DNA of 64,000 bases from Malacoraja senta. Lineage: Eukaryota. The notes under the pieces were generated by a model, which saw only the letters and a list, made by a program, of their open reading frames with translations, ran no database searches and had not been told where the DNA came from. The DNA lies in contig CM075990.1 of the NCBI GenBank assembly GCA_038087875.1, positions 1,490,001-1,554,000 of the forward strand, in the 5' to 3' direction. Both the position numbers and the translations under genes were made by a program. Of the stretch, positions 1 to 12,300 are shown piece after piece (position 1 is the stretch's first letter; each line of letters opens with the position of its first letter).

Positions 1-766
1 ATAACCTCACATTTATCCACATTATACTGCATCTGCCAAACATTTGCCCACTCACCCAGCCTATCCAAGTCACCTTGCAGTCTCCTAGCATCCTCCTCAC
101 AGCTAACACTGCCCCCCAGCTTAGTGTCATCCGCAAACTTGGAGATGTTGCTTTCAATTCCCTCGTCCAGATCATTAATATAAATTGTAAATAGCTGGGG
201 TCCCAGCACTGAGCCTTGCGGTACCCCACTAGTCACTGCCTGCCATTGTGAAAAGGACCCGTTTACTCCTACTCTTTGCTTCCTGTTTGCCAGCCAGTTC
301 TCTATCCACATCAATACTGAACCCCCAATACCGTGTGATTTAAGTTTGTATCCTAATCTCTTATGTGGTACCTTGTCGAAAGCCTTCTGAAAGTCCAGAT
401 ACAACACATCCACTGGTTCTCCCCTATCCACTCTACTAGTTACATCCTCGAAAAATTCTATAAGATTCGTCAGACACGATTTACCTTTCGTAAATCCATG
501 CTGACTTTGTCCAATGATTTCACCACTTTCCAAATGTGCTGCTATCCCATCTTTAATAACTGACTCTAGCAGTTTCCCCACTACCGATGTTAGACTAACT
601 GGTCTGTAATTCCCCGTTTTCTCTCTCCCTCCCTTCTTAAAAAGTGGGGTTACGTTTGCTACCCTCCAATCCTCAGGAACTACTCCAGAATCTAAAGAAT
701 TTGAAAAAATTATCACTAATGCATCCACTATTTCTGGAGCTACTTCCTTGAGTACTCTGGGATGCA
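1..766 (-). mobile_element. CR1 LINE ORF2 (reverse transcriptase) fragment, running off the window start
   Basis: Minus strand encodes CR1 RT motifs ([29 protein letters not shown]). It is nearly identical to 33568-34326. Confidence 0.9.
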
Positions 767-1333
767 TTGTATTTTTTAAGGAGGCTGAGGGCATTTAACA
801 TCTGCCAACCCCTACTGTGCAGTGTCTACCATTCAGTGGTGGCCAGTGCTCTGTTTTTTGCGGTGGCCTGTTGGGGAGATGGCGCTCGCATAGCGGACAA
901 AAACAGACTGGACAAACTGATCAGGAAGGCCGGTTCAGTGGTCGGGGCTGAGCAACGAACGGTCCAGCAGGTGGCAGAGGCCAGAACTCTGAAAAAACTG
1001 GGTTCTATAATGACCAACCCCACTCACCCACTCCATGCCCTGAAGGTGATCAAGAGCAGCAGCTTCAGTCAGAGACTGATTGCACCAATGTGCAAAACGG
1101 AGAGACATAGGAAGTCCTGTTTACCAGCTGCGATAAGGTTATATAATGCGCATAAATAACTGCACTTTTTTTAAATTAATTGTATTTTAACTTGTATTTT
1201 CACTTGTATTTTAACTTGTTAAGTATGGAAGCTATTCGTGGTGTTATGTCTATCTTGAAGCTGTCGTGGCATTGTAATTTCCTGCAAAGGATTATTAAAG
1301 GTATAATCTAATCTAATCTAATCTAATCTAATG
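767..1333 (+). mobile_element. Rex1/Babar-type LINE 3' fragment with (AATCT)n tail
   Basis: ORF 767-1159 ([11 protein letters not shown]...ALFFAVACWG...HPLH...AIRLYN) resembles the Rex1/Babar ORF2 C-terminus. It is followed by a 3'UTR and a (taatc)n tail at about 1305-1333. Confidence 0.75.
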
Positions 1334-1545
1334 ATTAGATTAATTTGGCATTATGTTAGACACTGATATATTGGACCGATTGGACCTGTTTCTTAGCTCC
1401 TGTACTGTATGTATTATGTTATTTCGGGATGTTCAATAAAGCGATCAATTCAGCAAAAACATATTTGATGCTGTCACCATTTATAAATCAAGATGTGCAA
1501 AATACGCCTTGGAATTCCAGTAAATTTTTGAACGACAAAAACGTT

Positions 1546-1617
1546 CTCCCCGTCGGGGAATTGAACCCCGGTCTCCCGCGTGACAGGCGGGGATACTTAC
1601 CACTATACTAACGAGGA
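1546..1617 (-). tRNA. tRNA-Asp(GTC), apparently intact
   Basis: Reverse complement is TCCTCGTTAGTATAGTGGTAAGTATCCCCGCCTGTCACGCGGGAGACCGGGGTTCAATTCCCCGACGGGGAG, the canonical vertebrate tRNA-Asp. A T5 Pol III terminator lies just downstream (A-run 1537-1541). Confidence 0.96.
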
Positions 1618-1999
1618 ATCACAATATCTTTTTTGTTGTGAAGCAGGATCTATATTACTAAAACTAAGATCTTGACCGCTTTTGACTTACTGTTTTGTGA
1701 TTTCGGAGAGAACGCCGCCAGTAAAGGCCGTCATTTTTGGCCACCTTCCTCAGAGCCCCCTTCCGCCGGAATGGACCGGAGGATTTTTCCCATCGATGAA
1801 AAATCAGAGATATATTAAAGTTTTTTTTTAAATCGCCATTCTCTCTGCTGCCCCCGCTGGCGGCAGGGTGGCGGAACTCTAAAACCCGGAATGTCGTGGC
1901 TCACTCAGTCTCTTCCAGACGGAGGATGCGATAGGGTCACGGCTCTCTGAGCTGCGAATAACACTGAATACACGTCTACTCCACGGCGAGTCCACGGGA

Positions 2000-3147
2000 T
2001 GTGGTTTTCAGAAAATGTGTTTGTTGCTTGCAAACTGTTTGCCCAATTGGCTTTTTGGCTTTTTAAAGGGCTTTCAGAAAATGTGTTTTGTTGGCTTGCA
2101 AAGTGTTTGCCCAATTGGCTTTTTGGCTTTTTAAAGGGCTTTCAGAAAATGTATTTTGTTCGCTTCCAAAATGTTTGCCCAATTGGCTTGGCTATTAAAG
2201 GGCTCTCAGAAAACGTGTTTTGTTGGCTTGCAAAGTGTTTGATCAATTGGCATTTTGGCTTTTTAAAGGGATTTCAGAAAATGTGTTTTGTTGGCTTGCA
2301 AAGTGTTTGCCCAATTGGCTTTTTGGCTTTTTAAAGGGCTTTCAGAAAATGTGTTTTGTTGGCTTGCAAAGTGTTTGCCCAATTGGCTTGGCTATGAAAG
2401 GACTCTCGGAAAACGTGTTTTGTTGGCTTGCAAAGTGTTTGCCCAATTGGCGGCTATTAAAGGGCTCTCAGAAAACGTGTTTTGTTGACTTGCAAAGTGT
2501 TTGCCCAATTGGCGTTGTGGCTTTTTAAACGGCTTTCAGAAAATGTGTTTTGTTGGCTTGCAAAGTGTTTGCCCAATTGGCTCCTTGGATTTTCAAAGGG
2601 CTTTCAGAAAATGTGCTTTGTGGGCTTGCAAAATGTTTGCCCAATTGGCTTTTTGGCTTTTTAAATGGCTTTCAGAAAATGTGTTTTGTTGGCTTGCAAA
2701 GTGTTTGCCCAATTAACTTTTTGGCTTTTAAAGGGCTTTCAGAAAATGTATTTTGTTGGCTTGCAAAGTATTTGCCCAATTGGCGTTATGGCTTTTTATA
2801 GGGCTTTCAGAAAACGTGTTTTGTTGGCTTGCAAAGTGTTTGCCCAATTGGCTCTTTGGCTTTTTAAAGGGTTTTCAGAAAATGTGTTTTGTTGGCTTGC
2901 AAAATGTTTGCCCAATTGGCTTTTTTGCTTTTTAAGGGGCTTTCAGAAAATGTATTTTGTTGGCTTGCAAATTGTTTGCCCAATTGGCTTTTTGGCTTTT
3001 TAAAAGGCTTTCAGAAAACGTGTTGTTGGCTTGCAAAGTGTTTGCCCAATTGGCTTGGCTATTAAAGGGCTCTCAGCAAACGTGCTTTGTTGGCTTGCAA
3101 AGCGTTTGCCCAATTGGCTTTTTGGCTTTTTAAAGGGCTTTCAGAAA
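2000..3147. repeat. 68-bp minisatellite (about 17 copies) inside the Helitron
   Basis: Unit gggctttcagaaaatgtgttttgttggcttgcaaagtgtttgcccaattggctttttggctttttaaa, with starts at 2068 and 2136 giving a period of 68. Confidence 0.95.
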
Positions 3148-3149
3148 GT

Positions 3150-3283
3150 TTGTGTGTGTGTGTTAGAGTGAGTCTGTCTGTGTCTGTGTGTGTGTGGCTG
3201 TGTGTGAGTGAGTCTGTGTGTGAGTGAGTCTGTGTGTGAGTGAGTCTGTGTGTGAGTGTGTGTCTGAGAGTCTGTGTGTGTGT
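3150..3283. repeat. (TG)n/(TGAG)-rich microsatellite
   Basis: Direct reading. Confidence 0.9.
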
Positions 3284-3285
3284 AT

Positions 3286-4045
3286 AGGGGGGTTGCACGT
3301 AAGGTCTCCGGGTGAAAGGGCTTGACGAACGGAACCGCTCAATCCATCTGGAGGACATCGCAGCTTCCGGTATATGTTATTAATACACGAAACGCGTACT
3401 TTCCTACCTGTTAAAAACCGCCAAAACGGTGAATTTTTGCGCTGTAAATAATTGTGGAAGGCGGGGTAACCGTGAGAGACATCTATCCTACTTCAGAATT
3501 CCGAAAGTGAAGAGAAATGAAGGTGAAGAGAAGCGAGAGCTGAAGGGACAACAAGAGCTAAAGTGCTTGGCGAACATTGGCCGTGCAGATATCGAGATTG
3601 AAATTATTGGGAATTATCGCGTTTGCTCACTGCATTTCATCAACAGTAAGTCATTATTTATGTTTTTTCTTAATTCCTTTGGTATCTAAAAAGGTTCAGA
3701 AGTGATAAATCTGGCTGTAAAATTTTTAAATCGCCCATTTTCCTGAAGAGGGTTTTTACATGCAAAAAGAAAACTCTTCTGAAGCTAAATTTATCATTAG
3801 AAAAATCTCCAGAGTTACGTGTGTGGAAAAGTACGTTTTCTATCATTATGGTATTGAGATGTATATTTTGGCAAATAATAAAATGTCCTGACAGCTTAAA
3901 CACCCACTCCCTTTCAATGGGATATTGCCAATTTGCTGAGGTTGATTATGTCCAATTAACAGCTAACAATTATGCCATTGCTTGGTTTGCATCTGAGTAA
4001 CATGTGATTCAAAACCCACGTACGGTTTGCGATTTTTGTTAAGGA
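3286..4045 (+). mobile_element. Left end of a THAP-encoding DNA transposon (ISL2EU/Harbinger-group-like), nested in the Helitron
   Basis: Starts at|AGGGGGGTTGCACG, the same terminus as the element at 16167. 3429-3646 encodes a THAP C2CH domain (FCAVNNC...SYFRIPK...RVCSLHF) followed by a GTAAGT donor. Confidence 0.7.
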
Positions 4046-4046
4046 T

Positions 4047-4510
4047 ACTGCCAGCCCATCAGCTGTGAGTGACTGCTCCGCCAGCCCACCAGCCATGACT
4101 AAGTGAACTGCCATCCCACCAGCTGTAAGTAACTGAACTGCCAGTCCAGCAGCCGTGAGTCCCTGCACTGCCAGCCCACCAGCCGTGAGTGACTGCACTG
4201 CCAGCCCATCAGCCGTGAGTGACTGCACTGCCAGCCCACCAGCCGTGAGTAAGTGAACTGCCAACCCACCAGCCGTGAGTGAATGAACTGCCAGCCCATC
4301 AGCCGTGACTAAGTGAACTGCCAGGCCACCAGCTGTAAGTGACTGAACTGCCAGCCCACCAGCCGTGAGTGACTGCACTGCCAGCCAATCAGCCGTGAGT
4401 GACTGCACTGCCAGCCCACCAGCCGTGAGTGACTGCACTGCCAGCCCACCAGCCGTGAGTAAGTGAACTGCCAGACCACCAGCTGTAAGTGACTGAAGTG
4501 CCAGCCCAAT
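4047..4510. repeat. 30-bp minisatellite (about 15 copies) inside the Helitron
   Basis: Unit actgccagcccaccagccgtgagtgactgc. Confidence 0.95.
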
Positions 4511-5292
4511 AATCCATTCAGTCCATCCTCTCCCCCTTCTCTCTCACACAGTCTGCCACCTGTTTTGGGCAGAATTTCTGGCAGTTTCTCAGCTGTGACT
4601 GTACTGCCAGGCATCAGTGACTGAGCTGCCTGGCCTCAGTGACTGAGCTGCCAGCCCAAGAATCCAGTCAGCCAACAATGCCCATACTAGCCCTCTGGAA
4701 ACCAGTGCATTCGGCCCACAACATGCATACTAGCGCATCAGAAAGCCCCCCCCCCACCTGGCCAGCAATATTGGAATTGGTGGAGAGGTGGAATATTGCG
4801 TTGGGTGACCAGCCATCCCATGCGATGCTGCGACCCAACGGGTCCCACTTAGTCTAGTAATGTATGTGGGTGGAAGGGGAGGGGGAGCAGGAGAAGGAGA
4901 AATGGATGCGAGTCGAAGAGGGAAGTGAGGAATGTGTTGTTTGTGGCTTAGTTACACAAGGTTGCAGAATTTCATGTTAATAGCCTTAGATTTTCTTTGA
5001 TCAAAAACCTGCAACGTTCAGAATTCACCTCACTGTTTGACGTGTGCTCTCGGCTTCTTCCCCGATCCGGTAACTTATTCAAGTACATGCTCGTGTTGAA
5101 TTCTTTAATAAACAGGCGCTTTCATTTTCTAACGCATGTAACCGGAACTGCGAGTTGTATTCTGCATTTGCTGTCGCAAGCAGCGGCGGGACTGCGCTAG
5201 AGTCACAGAGTCACACTGCACTGGAGACGGTTCCGTTCCCCACTCGCCGATGGAATAGTGTGGCCTGCCTTCTGTCTGGTCGACACCGACTG

Positions 5293-5505
5293 CCGAAGAT
5301 AGACACAAAAAGCTGGAGTAACTCAGCAGCACAGGCAGCATCTCTAGAGAGAAGGCGTGGGTGACTGAATGGGGAAGTCTGAAGAAGGGTCTCGATCCGA
5401 AACGTCACCATTCCTTCTCTCCAGAGATACTGCCTGTGCCACTGAGTTACTGCAGCTTTGTGTGTCTATCTTTGGTTTAAACCAGCATCTATAGTTCCTT
5501 CATAC
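5293..5505. mobile_element. Penelope-type inverted pLTR remnant with a hammerhead-like motif
   Basis: Two inverted copies of the ...gatgctgcctgtcccgctgagttactccagc...gtgtctatctt segment. The motif CTGAAGA-A-GGGtctcgaTCC-GAAAC-GTC lies at 5379-5406. Confidence 0.65.
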
Positions 5506-5982
5506 ACCCAGTGCCGTCAGCTACCTGTATATTTCCCCGTGGATTCTCTCTCCTCACTCTCCCTTCACTCCGACATAGACTTCCTCCAGAACATTAACCC
5601 TTCGGCCCCACTATTTCAATGCCGACCAGATATAGCTCATTTACTCGCATCCCATTTCCCACCACCTGTCCCGTAGACTACTACCCTTCAGTGATTATCA
5701 AAGATATCCCCCTTGTTCTACGCATTCACCGCTCCCCAACTCTCTCTGCTACTGAACATGAATGTGTTTATCTCGGTATCAATGTTGCAATGAAGAACAT
5801 GGGAGCTGATCCATTGGCTCCACCATTTCCTGTTCTATACCATGGGGAGATGTTATGAGGAGAAAGCAGGAGAATGGGGTTAGGAGGGAGAGATAGATCA
5901 GCCGTTATTGAATGGCGGAGAAGGCTTGATGAGCCGAATGGCCTAATTCTACTCCTATCACTTATGACCAGCACGCACCTTC

Positions 5983-6860
5983 ATCAAGTCAAGTCAAGTT
6001 TTATTCGTCGTCAAGTTTTACATAAAGTGCAAGCGAAATGAATTTGCCAGCAGCGGCACAATTAAAAAAAAGAACACACAATACACAATAAAAAATTAAC
6101 ACAAACATTCACCACAGCATTCATCACTTTGGTGGAAGGCACAAAAATTGGCCAGTCCTCCTCCATTTTCCCCCGTGGTCGGGACCTCAACCCTCCGCAG
6201 TCGCCGCTGCGGGCGTCCAGATGTTCAGACAAGGTAAGTCCAGGTAGGTCCTGAATCGGTTCCTCCCCACCGGAGACCATGGCTTTGAGTTGGTGTAGGC
6301 CGCAGGCCGGCGGTCGAAGATCTAAAGTCCCCGCCGCGCCGCAGCAAGAAGCACCGCAGACTGCAGGGCCGGCGGTCGGAGCTCCTCTCCAGGGATACCA
6401 GGCGAGGGAACCCGCTTCGGATAATAAATCCCCGCCGCGCCCGCAGGTCGGCGGTCAGGCTCCAGACGCCGCGCCATCTGGAGCTCCGCAGACCGCGGCT
6501 TCAGTCTGCCGCGGGCCAGCGAATGGAGCGCCCCCCCCCCCCCCCCGGCGAGGGCCCTCTCGCTCCGCGCCGAAAGCGTCCTCGTTTCGCCCGCTGCTGA
6601 AGCCCCGGGTACGTCTCCGGGAAAGGCCGCACCGATCCTCGATGTTAGGCCACGGGGGAGGCGACATGGAAAAAGGCGCCTCTCCATGGAGGAGGCGACC
6701 GAAACGGTTTCCCCCTTAACCCCCCCCCCCCCCACAATAACCCCCACACTAGACACACAGGGAGACATTAAATACACACATTAAGACACACTAAAAAACA
6801 AAAAAAGTAGAAAAACTAACACGCTGCTGGGAGGGCTGCCGGCTCGCAGCTCTCCCCATC
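5983..6860 (-). mobile_element. Non-coding GC-rich retroposon (non-autonomous LINE partner) with (TTGAC)n tail
   Basis: caagtcaagtcaagttttatt tail at the left end and a GC-rich body. A paralogous copy lies at 37567-38490. Confidence 0.55.
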
Positions 6861-7083
6861 GACCAGTGGATATTATGCAGCAGAGAATATTATGAATTAA
6901 TTGGTCAACGGCCGAGCACAACGGGGACCATGGTGTCACCCACGGATTCTCCAATAAAACTCACAAAATGATGCAATGAAGCGAAGCATTTGTTGAAATA
7001 GGAATTTCCCCGAATTAAAGGAAATATACGTTGTGCACGCGTGTGAACTGACGGTATTTTCTCAAAAGTATCCATTGATACCA

Positions 7084-7154
7084 TAGCAGAAGATGGTTTC
7101 GATCCATCGACCTCTGGGTTATGGGCCTACACCCTTCCGCTGCGATACTCTGCT
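7084..7154 (-). pseudogene. Degenerate initiator tRNA-Met
   Basis: Matches the intact iMet at 38713-38784 but has several D-arm, anticodon-stem and acceptor changes and a 1-nt deletion. Confidence 0.85.
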
Positions 7155-7929
7155 CCTTTTTGCTCATTTCGTTGTTTTCATCTCTTACCTCGCACCGTTT
7201 GCAGGCTTTGCTTTCTTTTCTCGCGTACCCACTTCTAACTTCCATTTTTCATTTTCTCCATCTTATTTTCTTTATCCAGAGGGTTTCGCAATGAATTTTA
7301 AATTATTTAAATTACCCTATTCCAGCAGCCCTGTTGCTGAATATTCTGTTTATCTTGCTCTGTGTCTCTCCCACATTCATTCGGGCCGATCTTCCGATCA
7401 CACTTCAATATAAAAGCAGCGGGCACCGACTGAGCTGCAGCCGAGGATTCACCCACACCCGGCTGTTATTTTTGTCCAATCCCAGATCCTATTAATTTCC
7501 CAATACCGTTAATGCGATTAACTGAATATCAGATTATTTCAGTGTTGAAGGGCCAGCAGGTCACGTTGACTCTTTGCGCAACTTATCCGGTGCCTTCACA
7601 AGTTCACTTCAAGTGCAACAAATCCGTCTACCGGGTTTCACAGTTGGCGACCTAACGGCTGTTGTAAACTCCGGAGCAACAAGGCGGGAGCAGGTAGTGA
7701 CAATGGGCAGCAGCGGAGTACCGCAGGACCCAGGGAATCTGCCGGCTAAAGAGTGACGACGTTCAGCAAGGCTGTTCTCCCGGCTGAGACTCGCCCGTTG
7801 CACCGCCGGAGATAGACACAAAATCAATTGAATTGAATTAATTTTATTAGCCAAGTATGTATATGTATACAAACAAGGAATTCGCCTTGTTGCCTTGTTC
7901 GCAAGTAACAACACGATATACAGTAGACA

Positions 7930-8585
7930 ATTAAAAATAAAATGCTGGAGTAACTCAGCAGGACAGGCAGCATCTCTGGAGAAAATGAATGGGTGACGGA
8001 TACAGTAGATGAAGTTGGAGGAGGTGCAAATGAACCTCTACCTCACCTGAAAAGAATGGCGAGGTCCATGGACAGAGTCGAGGTGGGGCGGGGGAGGGGG
8101 GGGTGGAGGGGGAGGTTTGAGTGGGAAGAAAGTCGTGAGTTGAGTTGAGAAAGAGTGAGTTGATGAATGGGGTGGAGATGGGACCAGGGAGTTGAGCAGT
8201 GAACGGCCTCTGCGGAAAGCGGAAAGGGCTGGAAATGGTTCTTTCGACTGCAAATCGGTGGGGGGGAGGGGACGTATTCCATACTCGGACAGGTGAGATT
8301 TCCTTATTCAAGGAACGTGGGTTTCCCTCTTCTCTCATACAGGAGAGACTCACACCTCAGTGTCCCGTAGTTCTGCTCTTGCTTTCTGTTCGCCCAGTCG
8401 CAACAAAGACAGTTCCCCTGATCCTCACTTTTCTCCCCACCAGACTCCATCCAACACATTATCCTCCGACTTTCCCGTCACCTCCTGAGGGATGTCACCA
8501 CTAATCACATCTTCTCATCTTCACCCCTTTCCGCCTTCCCCAGGAACTACTCCCTCCACATTTCACTCTTCTCTTCCCACCCACC
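7930..8585. mobile_element. Penelope-like element fragments in both orientations
   Basis: Minus strand encodes the GIY-YIG N-terminal-like segment PRHSFQVR..TSSNFIYCIR. Plus strand encodes FKERGFP...PLILTF (post-RT region). Paralogous copies lie at about 39630-40240 and 53425-54240. Confidence 0.65.
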
Positions 8586-9049
8586 TCAAGGTAGATGGGA
8601 GGAACCGTGTGGTCTTACCTTCAGCGTCCTCGAGGTCGGCTGCGGGAGGTGCCCCTCGGGGGAACTATGGCTTAAGAGGGCAGGTGTGGAGAGGGATACT
8701 GGATTACGGGACAACCGGAATGGGGGTGACGGCTGCAACGGACCTGTGTCACCAGCTGCAGCTGCGACTGCAAAATGTCGCCAATATGGCACCTCTTGCA
8801 TATGGACTCTGTGGGTTGTTCTGTGTATACAGTACTGACTAGGGTGAGTATGCATATGTACGGGGATAGTCTTGCTGAGCTGTATGAAACAATCCATTGA
8901 ACCAGCCCCTTCCCAGATACATTCCCAGCAACCGTCGTAAATGCAACACGTGTCCTTATACCTCCTCTCTTGACACCACCCAGGGACTCCAGGCATAGGC
9001 GGAAATCGCTTTTAAAACATGTGGAGGGACATAATGAGGCCTGACATCA

Positions 9050-9330
9050 AGGAAACGCGTCGGCGACCTACGGCCCACGGACCGGATTCGGCCCGCAACC
9101 CAAAATCATCCGGCCCGCAGACGGCTTTTTTTTCAATTCGTTTTCGCGACCCGGGAACTGCAGCCATTCCCGGGCCACGCAGGTGATCTGGGAACTGCAG
9201 CCAGTTCTGGGGCAAGCGGGCCAACCTGGGAACTGCAGCCAGTCCCGGGACACGAAGGCGGCCTGGGAAGTGCAGCCATTCCCGGGGCGACCTGGGCGCT
9301 GCAGTCAGACCTGCCAGCCGACATGGGCGC
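9050..9330 (+). mobile_element. hAT/Charlie-like MITE end followed by GC-rich internal repeats
   Basis: gtcggcaacctacggcccacggaccggatccggcccgc resembles hAT-Charlie termini. Longer copies lie at about 40690-41560, 54625-54880 and 55355-55670. Confidence 0.4.
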
Positions 9331-9344
9331 TCGATAAGTTCTTG

Positions 9345-12300
9345 GTAAGTTCTCGTTTAATCTTACTATTTTACTTCGGAGTCACGTTTGTGATTACGTG
9401 AAGGGTTCAAAGCTCTGTGATTTTATGCCGCAGATCGAAATCCCGGCTTCTCACTGCATTGATTGATTTTCGATGAGAAACAATCAATAATGCGTTAAAC
9501 ATGAAATGTGAATATCATGCAGTAACAATTGATCTGAATAATCAAAACAACCAGTAACCCCTCTATCGCAGGGGAAACTAAACAGGACTTAATCGTGAAT
9601 TTGCAAACAGCCTTTCTCTGATCGGTGATCGGCCGATGGTTAAATTTAAAAAAAAAATCATTTGACCACCCGGCACCTATAAAAATATGGCCGCAGTGAA
9701 CATCCATCGCCCTAGCCGACGACGTTGCTGCTGCACTAGTGGAAAAAAAGTATATACACACTTCAGTGGTAATACCTGCCTTAATCAACATTTGCTTTAA
9801 ACCACCTTGAGATAGTCTGCACTAACACTCTCCTGTGTGGCTTCATGTAACTGATAAACAATGCTGTTTCCACATTTCTTAAGGTCTTTATAGCTTCAAT
9901 ATAATGAAAATAAATGTGCCATTACACATAAACATGGATCAGTAGGTTATGCTGAAACACAATTTTCACAAACCTGTGACACCTGGCCTGCTCTGCTTAA
10001 ACAGTACGCAATTATATAACATAACATTCTCTTCAGGAACTTCCATCCTCTCTAGCAGAAGTTTTTGCAAAATCTGCACTTGCTATGCTGAACCAATGCC
10101 AAGAGCATAAACACTTTCATGATTAGTCTGGCAAATTCAGAGACATGACAGGAACCTACTGTCGAAGAATCTTGAGGAACACACTTACATCCCAGATCGC
10201 CATATACCTGGGTTTAGGAAGTTTAGAGTTGAAATTCCTTTCATCTATCCAGCTATGATATGATGAAACTCAATAGGATCTTTCCTGACCCCATCAAAAC
10301 CATACGACGACAAAGCGCTTAAAGCTGTATTAATGGTGCTATAACTTAGCCCCTCATCATCGTAGAGTGTCAACAGGAACTCTAAAATATCCACAATACC
10401 TGCAGTACTATAGTCAATATTATTTTGTACACAATATTGCTCCCATTTTTTAACATAAGTAATATACCGCTTTTGAGCACTCTTTCTCCAGGCTACAGTG
10501 AGCATGTCCACCGTTCACCCAGACAGTCCTTGCTTCAGGTATGGCCTTCTTAAAACCTGCAAACTAACAAGTCAATACAATCACATAACAGATGACTTTC
10601 CCTTGTTAGCGGATGCTCCAGTCAATTCCTACGCTTGGGAACCACCAAAAAGAGGTTGGATCCCTAACTGTAACATCAAAGGGAACCATGGTATTACAAG
10701 CACCCCCAAAGCAGCATCCTGCTTGATTTCTTGCAGACTCCGACCTATTAGGCAAAATGGTAGGAAAATATATAAAACATACCACCCCAATGTAACGTCA
10801 AAGTATCAATTGCAACAGCCACCTGGTCTGGTTTCCATGAAACCTATTTAGGCTGCTGATGGTTGAACCTTGATGCAAAACAAATCGATATCTGGCATTC
10901 ATATACAAGTACTATATTATTGAACACCTCCTGGTTCAACATCCAATCTATGTTGTCATGGAACTTTCGTGACTTGGCGTCTGCTACTATGTAGAATCTA
11001 CCTGGTAGATAAATAGCTGAAATATATTTTTCCATGCACCAGCCCAAATGTGATTAGCCAATCTGTCACATTAATGTATATGCCACTTGCGTATTATTGT
11101 CAATCCGAAACTGCACATGCAGATAACATTTGTAAGAGCTATAAGCCTCTTTATAGTTCATTGCCCATGTCTGCACAAACGATACCTCTTGCTCAGTCCA
11201 TCTGCCTCCACAGCTGAAACTCGTATCCGTGACACCTCACCCGAGTGCACTGACATTCATCTGCAAAATCATGGAAGGCTGGTCAAGCATTACCTTGCTA
11301 TAACTTCTGGGCACATGGTGAATCCACCATTGCAAATCTGAAATAGCCTTTACTGATAACTGCATAGTTCTATTATAATGACCCGAATGTATACTTAATG
11401 CCTCAATTAGCTTGATACACCTGTCAATTAGCTCTACCCTTTTTTCCCTGGGCAGAGTCACTTAATTGAATCAATTGTGACCCAAATAGTCAGGTGTTAA
11501 TTTGGATTCATCTGGATGACTAATGCCCAATCTTTGAACATTGGATTTAACAACTATCACCTGTTACTTCAGCTGTTCTCTTGGATACCCCTGTTATCAA
11601 GATATCATCGAGATAAGCCATGAACACCTGTACCCTGGCCTTTAAGCATGCCTATTATAGGTTTTAACAATTTTGTTGCCATAGTTGATCCATCCAGATG
11701 AATTTCAAATATCCTGCAAATAAACAGACATTGAGTAATGCGCATCTTTAAGCTCTAGAGTCGCCATATAGCATCCTCTTGCCCAGTTGCTTGGCAGTGA
11801 CAATTCCATCTTACAATGTCTATACTACATCCCCCATCCTTTTTTGGCCTGGGAAAATATTAGACACAAATTGATGGGTTGGTGAACAAACTTATAATGA
11901 CACCTTTATCACATAAGCTTGCATGCGCAGTCTGAGCATCCATCTGTTCTGTTAATGAAAACTGAATAGTTCTACCAAGAACATGCTGAATGTGCAAATC
12001 ACAATTTGGATTGAAATCCATTCGAAACCTTTGAATAACACTGTATAAACAGAGCTAAGGTAATTTGCTTCCATTCATCCCAGAAACAGATGTAATGTAC
12101 CCCAGTTTAAGTTGTGTCACATTTGATATGTGCACCTGAGAACCAGGCCCACCTACCTCCTTGGTACCTGGTGGATGTTTGACCATGTTCCCACTTCATT
12201 TGTAGGGGTACTTTCTTTTGGAAACTTGCCGACTGCCGGTGGCTTGATCAAGCCCACCGTCTTTGCCTCGCCGTCCATGTCCTTGACACTCTTGGCGAGG

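Larger units (their letters stand above)
1649..4857 (+). mobile_element. Non-autonomous Helitron
   Basis: Begins TC (TCTATATTACTAAAAC) and ends CTAG, preceded by the hairpin GACCCaacGGGTC. Inserted between A and T with no TSD. The empty site gaagcagca|taatgtatg is visible at about 62756-62773. Confidence 0.85.

Noticed and set aside
1999..3147. CRISPR-like array, or Cys/Phe-rich ORFs
   Set aside because: Head-to-tail 68-bp units with no unique spacers, no cas genes and a eukaryotic context. The ORFs are artefacts of the repeat.
3429..3689. Host THAP-domain gene
   Set aside because: It lies just inside a transposon terminus, has no ATG, lacks the conserved Trp, and occurs as three degenerate copies.
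3956..4614. 10-aa repeat protein (AVQSLTAGGL), ice-nucleation or antifreeze-like
   Set aside because: An open frame is expected from a 30-bp minisatellite inside a Helitron. No gene structure is evident.
6279..6777. Pro/Arg/Gly-rich ORFs
   Set aside because: GC-rich non-coding retroposon. The frames are not preserved in the paralogue at 37567-38490.
10844..11047. Phage-like methyltransferase/integrase suggesting bacterial contamination or HGT
   Set aside because: These are normal DIRS1 domains, located within DIRS termini.
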